A DNA stretch of 64,000 bases from Felis catus (taxonomy: Eukaryota): the NCBI RefSeq assembly GCF_018350175.1, contig NC_058368.1, positions 39,496,001 through 39,560,000 of the forward strand, in the 5' to 3' direction. The notes under the pieces are model-generated. The model was not told the origin of the DNA. It did no database searches and saw only the letters and a program-made list of their open reading frames with translations. A program made the translations under genes and the position numbers. Each line of letters opens with the position of its first letter. Position 1 is the stretch's first letter. This document shows, one piece after another, positions 53,889 to 64,000 of this stretch.

Positions 53889-56180
53889 ATCACTGATCTT
53901 AACAGTAATCCAAATAAACACCATAACTTGAGGAGGTATTGTGTAAAGATTGGGCTTTATTAGACAAATGGAAACCTCACAAGAGCAGTCATCAGGACAA
54001 AATGTCCAAGAATATGTGTGGCAGTACCAGGAGATCTGTAGCAGTTAGCATGAATTTCATTTCACAGAGAAACCCACTTCCCCATATGAGTATTCTGTAG
54101 GAGAGCTGTATTTTGCATTTAGAATTTCGAGGTCTCTTTTGCTTCCACAATATCAATTGGCCAGAGTAGCAATTGCTTTCGTAGTCTGTGAATGTGTTCT
54201 TTATCCCCTATAGCCCAGAGCACTTCTACTCCAAGGTGCTTTTGTACTTTAGTTCACTACTAGCCCACACTAACTGGCCCTCTTTGTTTTTCCAAATGAT
54301 TTCCCTTCTTAACATGACAAATCTTGGATTCCTGAGTAATCTTTCAGTCCTAAAAAGATTCTGGATTCCAAAGAGACAATGCAGCCACCAGATTATTATT
54401 CCTCTTTGGGCAGAATAACATGTCCCTTTGAGGACTATAATAACCACTTAGTACAACAGCTATTCTTTAATTAACTTTCCAGTATCTTGTCCTCACTCCA
54501 AACGGATTGACTCCCAGACCCAGGGATGTTAGGTTGATTCCTGATTGTTAAACTCCTGTTGATTCTCACCCCCAGCCCTAAAAACAGCCCAGTGATTCTT
54601 TTTGTTTTTGTTTTTGTGTTCAAAAGGTCTTAGCCTAAAGAGGGTGGAATTCATCTGTTCTTGGTCATCACTGGCAGGCCAGTAGCATCTTTTAAAGACT
54701 ATCATCAATAATACAATGAATCAGGATGAATTCCTCCATGTATGAAAAATGAAATAGTTGAAATGTGAAATAAAATTGAATAAATTGGAATCAATTCACC
54801 CAATGAAACTAAAACAAAATTGAGAACAGTCCTTAATGAAATATTTAGTCAGCAGGTTTATATCATTCCTTTACAGTCTGAGTTCTATTCCTTATACTAT
54901 TTCTTATAGCCTGAGTTCAATGTTAATTTCAATAATTTTTCAAGTTTCTGAATTTCCTATAGCATATCATTAATATGGCAGCAATACTCATGGTATACGG
55001 AGTTTCACAAAATTCCTTAGATAATCTGCTATTAAGTATGATTTTCCTGACATGTGTTAGAAAAAAAATTCTCTTCACTACTGTAGATGACTCATGAATA
55101 TTTAACATACTTGCTAGCTAGTATTTAAAATACTCACCAACACAAATAATAGCAAAGTACAAACCATCTTTATTTTAGCCGAGAGCTCATACTTATTCTT
55201 GCACAGGAATGGTTGTGATTTGTTTTGACTGCCTGCCATACAATGGAAAGATTGTTAATAAGCATTTCAAAAGATCCAATATCAGGAAACTAGAGACAGA
55301 AGAAAAAAAATGTGATTCACATACATCTGAAAGTGAATAAACAGTCTTTATAAAAGCAATAGTTAACCATGTTAAACCAGCAATGTAATTTCATAGATGA
55401 AATCATAGGTTTTCATAGCAAAACACTATTTCTGTGATAAAAATGAAGGTTGATGTATTATTTTTATTATTTATCATAGTAGTCTAGAAAATAGAAACAT
55501 ATGCATTTTTTATCATCTGAAGTATCTGTTGAATGCCTTTTAAATTGCCACAAAATATTTTTTTGGGCAAAATTACTTCACATACTTTTTGATAATTCTA
55601 AACAGAATGGCTTCTTTTTTTGTTTTTAAGCAATTGTACAGAATAATAAAGTTTGTAAAGTCAGCTGGGTATATATTTCACCCAGTTCATTTCTAAGTAT
55701 CTCATGAAGGGATTCATCTTCATTAATTAAAATCCAAGTCTTCCATACATTAATTGAATTGTATTTTTATATCCTTTTTTATACAAAGATCCCCAACTCT
55801 GTGTATGAATGTTATTTATGACATCAGAAATGAAGACATACTTTTAATTAGATATGTTTATGTTAAATCAGAGTATTGATACCTGGAACAGATCAAATAC
55901 AGAGACTTGGAAATATACTCATATGCTCCATGCAAGAATCTTTACTAGTGAAGGTGAGATTGAAAGAATCTGGAGACTTTATCATTTTCAGATTAAAGAA
56001 ATCTTGTACTATTGAACAAGTACTAAAAAACAGATTCAAATTTACACTTACTGAGCACCAGTATGTTGCATACATTATATGGAGGTAATTTGCAATTGCT
56101 TATTCCATTTAATACCACAACCACATTGTGAAATTGTTTTAATTATATTAAGTGAACTAGTAGTGTGGTATGAATGTGGC

Positions 56181-56235
56181 TTTTTATTGTTGTTGTTGTT
56201 GTTTTAAGAGAGATAGAGCACAAGTAGGGGAGAGG

Positions 56236-56281
<46 letters not shown>

Positions 56282-56405
56282 CTCAAGCAGGCTCTATGCT
56301 CAGCACAGAGCCTGATTCAGGGCTCAATCCTACAACCCCGGGGATCATGACCAGTGCTGAAATCAGAAGTTGGATGTTCAACCAACTGAGCCACCTAGGC
56401 ACCCC
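56181..56405 (-). mobile_element. Can-SINE with (GA)n tract
   Basis: Head at the right end. Degenerate TSD gaatgtggctt / gaatttgactt. Confidence 0.9.
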
Positions 56406-57399
56406 GAATTTGACTTAGTTTTTGGAGGGGTAAGGATTTATGGCCTCACTCTATTCATACTTTTGAACCTGTTTCTTTATCCCTTCTAGTAAATTCTATG
56501 AATTACTCATTTTCACCTTAATAATTCCCTCTGCTTAAATGTCAAAATTTGAATCATTTGCTTATAGAGTTCTTGCTGATAAACTACTCAGTCACCGAGT
56601 GAGGCTGATTTTAGTTATGTAATCATTTTTTACAGTGTCTCTTAATTTCATGTCAATATCAACCTATTTATACATCAATTGGTCACCATTTGTAAATTGG
56701 CCTCCAAGTTTGTTTCCATACTGATCAGTGTCTTAGTTATATCCATTAATCACACTTAAGACAGAACAAACTAATGTATCCCTTTTTCCCATGTTCAGAA
56801 GACTACAGTATTTCTCCATTGCTTAAAAAAACAAGGAGAAAATAAGATGTATGTTAACATTTTATATCCATTACTATTTCTAAATTTTTAGAAAATTTAT
56901 TCTACACAAAATATATTTTATCACTACCAACTTTGAAACTTTTCCCATGTGATTTCTTTATATCAATGCCCTTCATCACATGATATAAAAATCCACACTA
57001 TCTCTCAGTGCCTAGCATAAGTAATATGTATTCAATGATTCTTTCCTATTTCATCAGTACACACACACACACACACACACACATGAATTAATTTGTCTTA
57101 TGTTATTTTTATTTAAACTTTAAGTCCTGGATCAGAATCAGTCCTTAATCTGCTGTTTACCAATTGGTTGTATCAACATTGCTAATATTTAGAAACTTAT
57201 AGAAAAGTGATGTTATTACATTCAAGCATGGGATCAGTGGATTTTCTCACTGACAAGATGATATCACATGTGATGTGAGCTAAGTTCCAATCATATGTAT
57301 AGGGACCACCTTATAGCATGTGATGTTTTAATATTAGATTGCCTACATTTACTTAAAATTATGAGAAGATGTAAGTAATTTGTTCTTCTTTTTAGTAAT

Positions 57400-59420
57400 T
57401 TTCTCTTTTAACTTTAATTTTTCTAATCATTTTCATCAAGTTATTCTTTTTAAATCTATATTTTAACATTATTAGCTAACGTAGAGAAGCAAAACATGTT
57501 TGACCATATTTACTAACAGTAAAAAAGCATCTCTGAACTTGTTGTCAAGAAAAGACACAGTTCTTAGGGATGTGAAAGAAGTAAATCAACTAATGATAAT
57601 GGAAATGATTCCAAGAAATGAAGACCACACTAGATCAAACTAGTTGTGATTGGGAGTTCTATTCTTCACGTAGCTGAGTTTTGTTTTTGTAGCCATAATT
57701 GAAGTGAAATGTTAAAACTAACTATGCTATTTCAAGATGTAAAAATATTATACAAAATCATAGAATCTGAAGAGGTATTTATATACAAAGTATACAAATA
57801 TACTTAAAGCCCAAATGAATTATTTGAAATAGTAAATGCTGCTTTAAAATCTGTCAGAAGCAGATATTCACTATTTAACATGTAAATATTAATGCTTTAC
57901 AATTTCCCTATAAAATAACACTCTTTTTTTTGCTAACACTGAATATATATGATTGCTGAGACATTAGTAAAAGACTATATCAAGAAGATATACCTGGAAA
58001 CATTGGGTTATGACTCTGAGGCAAAGAGAGTAACTCAAGTCCTACTTTCCAATTGAGCACTACAGCCCAATCTATTCAGAAACTGCCTGATAGATAATAT
58101 AAAGACTAATACAGGACAAATAAAATTAGCAAAGTACTTTTTATTTACTGTTTAATGCTGACTTAGCTATTGCTAAGTTTTGTAATTTATAGATGATATG
58201 TAATTTATGGATGATGTGCTTATGAAGAAAAAATTATTTTCTTCCCCAAATGTAATGACAGTAAACAAGACTATTTCTGACCTGTATAATGAAAACTTAC
58301 ATTATCAGCAAGTGTTTGGAGTGTAAGTTAAAAATGAAAATGTTCTGACAATGCAGCTGCAATAAGAAAGGATAGTTACCATTTCAGGAAACTTGCAGAA
58401 AATGCATATCAGTCAATACATGTCTTCTTTCATCAAGAAAGTCATAATAAAATCAAACCAAAACAAAACATCAGTTGAATTCAATAGGGTATTTAGTGAA
58501 CTGCAAAACAAATACCATATTAAATTTGGCATTATTTTCTTTATGACATGATTACGTAGTATCTGATCATTAGTAACTATTTTTACATGCTTGGGTACAA
58601 TGGCTATCATGGAAAAAATTCTGGAATGAATTTTTCACATAAAAAGAAACCAGTTTGGCCCCAAATTTTAGAGATATTAGTTGGACAATTGGCATTGCTT
58701 ATTAGCCTGATATATTCAATGATTTTAATGAGCTTATAACTTCCATTAAAAGAGGAATGCAATATGATTTTCAAAGGTAGATAAGGTCAAAAGGCAGAAA
58801 TGAAAATTAGTGTAAGGACAAGTTTTCGTCATATTTTATAGACATTATTAAGAGATACTCTGTAATTTGACCATAATAATCAAAGAAGTAAATGCTGATC
58901 CCTTAACACTTTATGTTTAATGTAATGTTTTGAGTTTATTTTCAGATTAAAATAAGAACACCCACACATTGGAAATTTAGCATCTGGAATCAATTTATTT
59001 CATTGAAAGAAGATTTAAATTCAACTCTAATTTTTCTGCATAAATTGCAGAACTATCTACTAATTAAAGAATGAAAATATACATTTCATTTTAGATAAAA
59101 GTTAAAACTGAATATATTAAACTTGCTTAAAATGCTTTAAAATCTTTTTTCACCAATGATATATTAATGTGAGTAAAACAAAACAAGGAAGTTCTGATAT
59201 GATAGAAGTTTTTTTGTTTATTTTCCTTTTCCTATGTTAGGCTTGTTCAAATTATATTTATTGAAATGTAACTTTATGTTTGTTGAATCCAAGAATAAAA
59301 GGAATAGTGCTTCTATTATGTATGTCTAATGTTTAATCTCATTTCAATGTTTTTATAGCTTTATTTTCATTTTTTATAAAAGTATCAATCGAGAAATGTG
59401 GTCTTTCACCACAAAGGTAC
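57400..59420 (+). mobile_element. Decayed hAT (Charlie/Buster-type) transposon with transposase remnants
   Basis: Hand translation gives CSDNAAAI (similar to CTDGAAAM) at about 58340, HAWVQWLSWKK (similar to HTEVRWLSRGK) at 58586, and IAY*PDIFNDFNEL (similar to LAYLADIFxxLNEL) at about 58694. Boundaries are approximate. Confidence 0.75.
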
Positions 59421-59883
59421 TGTCATTACCCTTCTTTGCTGTGTGGTGATACCTATATTTGTCTTATTTCATTGCTACATTATAGCCATTTGCACATACT
59501 CTGAACTTGTAGCATTATACCCTGAGTGTTCCCTGCTTTTGGAAAAGATTAAATGAGTGAATAAACATCCAAGGCACTTACATTAAGCAATTGATACACA
59601 AAATTGGTTACAAGTGGTGGTCTTGAGCTCTAGGCACTGCAGGTAACAGGAAAGAATCATAAATTTGTGATGTAGCCAGGATGAAGGATAATTCAAGGTC
59701 AACTGTATAAATGGAATGTGTGCATGATATTTAAAGTTAGTCAAATTTCAGCTTTTAAAAAACTATCCTAGCCAAACAAAATATGGCTTCAAGCTCAATC
59801 TATGTTTCTGTTCACCTTTTCAGGATCTCTGATTAGAACAAGGGGTTTATAAGTAAATAATTGGAGACAAAATAATGTAGTGA

Positions 59884-60077
59884 GGGACACCTGGGTGGCT
59901 CAGTCAGTCAAGTGTCTGACTTTGGGTCAGGTCATGATCTCATGGTGGGTGAGTTGGAGCCCTGCATCAGGCTGTGTGCTGACAGTTCAGAACCTGGAGC
60001 CTGCTTCAGATTCTGTGTCTCCCTCTCTCTCTGCCCCTCCCCCCTCTCAAAAGTAAATAAACATTAAAAATAATAAT
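59884..60077 (+). mobile_element. Can-SINE
   Basis: TSD aataatgtagtga / aataatgtggtga. Confidence 0.93.
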
Positions 60078-61989
60078 AATAATGTGGTGAAAATACCTTC
60101 ATTTTTTTCCCAAAACTCTTCTTTAACTGAATTGTATATAATCTGTTTTCAGTATTTTAGTATGTATGTATGTTTGTATGTATGCTTGTATGTATGTATG
60201 TATCTATCTATATTATCTGTACCTACATATATCTATATATCCTAAATCTGTATGTAACTACAGCCAGTCTCTTCAACTGTAGTTCTCCATTTCCAATTCT
60301 CTGCAAGACTCTGTCCACCTGGTATCCAGTCTGCATCTCAAACACCACAGACTAAACCTGAACTCATCATCTTTTCCAGAGTCAGTTCCTGAATGCAAAT
60401 TTTACATTTTATTGGTACCATAATATTTTACTCATTCAGATCTCCAAATTCGTAGTCATCCCTGACTTTTACTACTATCTTTTCATATGCCCTATTGGCA
60501 GGCAATCCCACAACATGCCCAGGAGTGCTTTCTTATTTTATGATCTGCTTGCATAATTTCTGTCTCTGATGTCCTTCAGCCGTATTCATATGTGCAGATC
60601 CTAAGAAGCCTTTAAAGCCCAGATAAAATATCATAGCCAGCCAGTTTCCCCTAATTCTCCCAGTATGAAGTAGTCTCTCCCTACACTTTACTATTTTAAC
60701 ATTCCCTTCTAAGCATCTTTTGACAGTGCTTTGGGGCAGTTATACTGTATACTGTCATTTTCTTTGTGGAGGCAGAGGTTGTCATTTATGATTTTGTGGA
60801 CACCATGCCATCATGAAAACAATCTCTCACTGGTAAGTGGTAAATGAAAGTTTGTTGAAGGACATTTAAGCAAAGATATTTTAAATTATATTTCTCCATC
60901 ATTTTAAGCTCATACAGAGGAGAAGAATATATATGTTTGAACCTTTGGCTTAGACCACTAAAGCAGGCAAATACAAAGCATCATATGGATATTGAAAATG
61001 CTGATGATTAAACTGTGAACAATTTATGTTGCTATTTACTATCAGAACAATAAAGTAGTCTTAAACCATGGGGGGAGGTGCATCAAGTAGGAGCTGTGAT
61101 GAAAAAGAAGCAATTATTGCAGAACAATAAATAAATGTTTGAAACTTATGCACGGACCAATGAAAAATGTAGGAACTATCAGAAAGTAAGACTCTCCTTC
61201 AGTGGCTTGAATCTACAGTCTTGAGGGAAGTTTTCTACTCTATCTCATGTAAAACTCTTATGTCACTAGCAGTTGCGGATACATAGGGAGAAGAATAAAA
61301 TATAAACCCTCCTGTAAACATAGGTTTTGTTTTTTGTTATTACTGTGTTTTTAAACAAAGCAACTAGATAAGAAGAAAGGCAATAATAATGATGTTATCC
61401 ATTTCACTTCAAGAAACATTGTGCCAATTAGGAATGGTTTCAATTCCCTGAAAAAGAGTTCTAAATTTTAATATAAACTTTATAGCATAAATGGTAAATG
61501 TACCATATATTTTCAAAAGTTTATAAACTCTTGGTAATGGAAAGAAAGATTGAAATCACGTTCTCATGCTGTACACAAAGAAATGTACAACCCTTTTAAA
61601 GAAGTGAAGATAAATCCAAATATGTATATTAATTCTGAGTTAAATGTTTATTGATTGGTCAGTTGGTTGGTTGACTAATTCAGTGGGGTTTGGTGGATAA
61701 AGTATTTTATACCTTGTCCTCTCCACAGCATAAAAACATTCATATGACATAACCCATTCCTCAAGGATACAGTCTTATAGAAGAGACAGATACATAAACT
61801 ATAATTTGAAGTCAGGATAACATTTAAAAATTTTCTTTATAATGCTCTGGAAGCATAAAGAAAGTAAACTAACTGAGGATGAGAGAAAACAAGTCTTAAA
61901 AAAGAACATTTTACAGAAGAAGTATAATTTCAGCGGACTCTTGAAAGATGTGTTAGTATCAATGTTCTGGTTGTCTATTGCTTGCAAGT

Positions 61990-62425
61990 TCTTAGTAGGT
62001 TAAAATAATAATTGTCATTCTATTACATCTCACACTTCTGGAGGTTGCCTGTTTTATCCAGGTAGGACTCTTTAGGGGTCTATAATGAGTTCATATTCAG
62101 ATGGTGGCTAGGGATGGAGACATTGAATAATTCCTTCCTCATGTGAATGTTGGTTGATGCTGTATGTGGACTGAGACCAGAGCTAAGGCTTTCAGTTAAA
62201 AAAGAACAAAAAACAAAAAACCCTACATGAGGTCTTTTCATATGGGTTTCCTCATGTTGTGGTGACTTGGTTCCTGGAGTCGGCATCCCTGGAGAACAAG
62301 TCAGTTATCTGGCATTTTTAAGAACTAGCCTCACATGTCACTTAATCTCACTTTCACTATATTCCTTTGGTTAGGTCACAAAGGACTGCCCAGGTTCAAA
62401 GGGAGGGCTTTGTAAGAAGAACACT
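61990..62425. mobile_element. Old MaLR LTR (MLT1-like)
   Basis: ctagcctcacatgtcac...gtcacaaaggactgcccaggttcaaagggaggg. Confidence 0.55.
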
Positions 62426-64000
62426 TGGAATGGAACATACCATGTCAAACACATTTGGAAAATATAATGGACCATACCATGTTACATGTTGAATGTGTAA
62501 ATGAACAAAGGGAAGAGAAACAGGACATTCTTGTCATGTTAGCAGCATGTGGAAAACATGGTGGTGATTTCTCCAGCATTCGCTGAATCTTTCCTTTATT
62601 AGTTAGCTGCCCTTCTCGTTCCAGGGGCCAGGGACAGTTTAACTGACCTGAGCCAATCAAAAAAATTCTCACCCCCCTCCCCCATGCCAAAGTGATTGCT
62701 TCAGGATTAAGTACTTTCCCCAATATGCCAAATCTGGAGGAAGTTCAGGACATTTTTCATGATTAAAAAATCACATTTCCTTTTTCTCAAATATGGATGA
62801 AGATTTGTATAATCTAACATCTATTTGAAGCCATCTTAAGTTCATAAATAGAACATGCATTAAATAAATTTGAAACTAACACAGGCAGATAGGACAAATG
62901 AGAAGAAATTATGCCTTTGCTACATTATTGATTCACTGGAATGAGCAAACCCTGAAGACTGTTCTACCTTCCAAGTATGTGAGTTAATAATTTCTATACA
63001 ATTTAAGCCAATAGGAATGGAGTTTTCCAGAAAGCTAAAAATACCACAGTGAGGGATTTAGACTTTGTGCTGTAGGCAAGATGATACAACTAATTAATTT
63101 GTAACAGAGAGAGAACTGATATTGGCTTTAGAAGGATCAGTTTAGAAGCAGTGTGGAACATACATGGAAAAGCTGCAAAACTGTAGGGTAGTTGCTGGAT
63201 GACTGCAGTGACTCATGAACATGAGAACAGAGTAAGTTACATTTTAGGATTGGGATGGAGAAGACATGTTGAGGAGGTATATTTCATTTTACTTTGTGTT
63301 TTAACATATTTTATAAAAATAATAGTGGAATTTAGGGTAGATGTTTTCTGTTCTTTCTTCTCATACCTTTTATCTTCGTATTTCATCACTTAGTCGTTTT
63401 TTGCATGTCACAGGAGAACTGAGGTGGGCAACATAATTAACAGAGTATCTCCCACGCTCCTTCTTAGAGATAGGATTAGTTAGTGTTCTCTACATAAAAA
63501 TATTTATAAATATAAATAAATTTTCTAAAGCCTTCCAATTGCTGAGGAGAGGCCAAAGAGGTCTCAGGCAATTCTTTCCTGGGGCATGCACTGGGGAAGA
63601 TTATGTTGCCCTCCCAGGCGTTTAAACAATTTCCTGACTGGTAAACTGTAATCCTGGATAAAGTGTGCTTAGAGATTAGCAGCATGGGTTTGCTGTTATT
63701 GCTGTTGTTATTTTCCCTGCTGAGTAGAAACTAAATATCATCTTCCCAGGTGACAAATAGGTCCCAGCCTGGCAATGTGCACGAAGTCTCTTAGATGTAG
63801 TTTCCAAATTGTATGGGCAAATTTGGCACAAGTTAAAATATTGTGAAAAATTGAATAACCTTATCTACCTGAATACAATGGATTAAGAGGCTCTGCTGTG
63901 ATTATATTGTGGCTGCGTCTCTTCTTACTCAAGCTCTTTCTAAAAAAATTCTCTTAAAGTGTCATCTGAGATTTAATCAAGTCCTGGAATACAGATATTG

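Noticed and set aside
44..63685. The remaining short ORFs, including recurring WVAQSV...AQVMIS peptides
   Set aside because: They are translations of SINEs, microsatellites or AT-rich random sequence.
1..64000. CRISPR array, operon or other novel multi-gene system
   Set aside because: This is eukaryotic repeat-rich DNA with no repeat-spacer array, and the only intact coding sequences are the L1 ORFs.

Overview
AT-rich, repeat-dense mammalian DNA. The tRNA-Lys-derived Can-SINEs and the L1 type point to a carnivore, most likely a felid. I see no cellular protein-coding exon, so this is probably intergenic or deep intronic sequence. The main feature is a young, full-length LINE-1 (about 31831-37987, + strand) with intact ORF1 and ORF2, an 18-bp perfect target-site duplication (TSD) and a ~165-bp 3' transduction that has its own polyA signal and second polyA tail. 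The window also holds an older 5'-inverted (twin-primed) L1, a processed BTF3 pseudogene, about 18 Can-SINEs, several solo LTRs, Tigger-type MITEs, a decayed hAT/Charlie transposase, and L1M/L2 fossils. The most unexpected structure is a ~190-bp inverted copy of 52699-52870 inserted into a SINE at 53589-53778, which looks like a templated repair insertion. I found no new multi-gene system. Repeat family names come from memory of consensus sequences and need RepeatMasker/Dfam confirmation.
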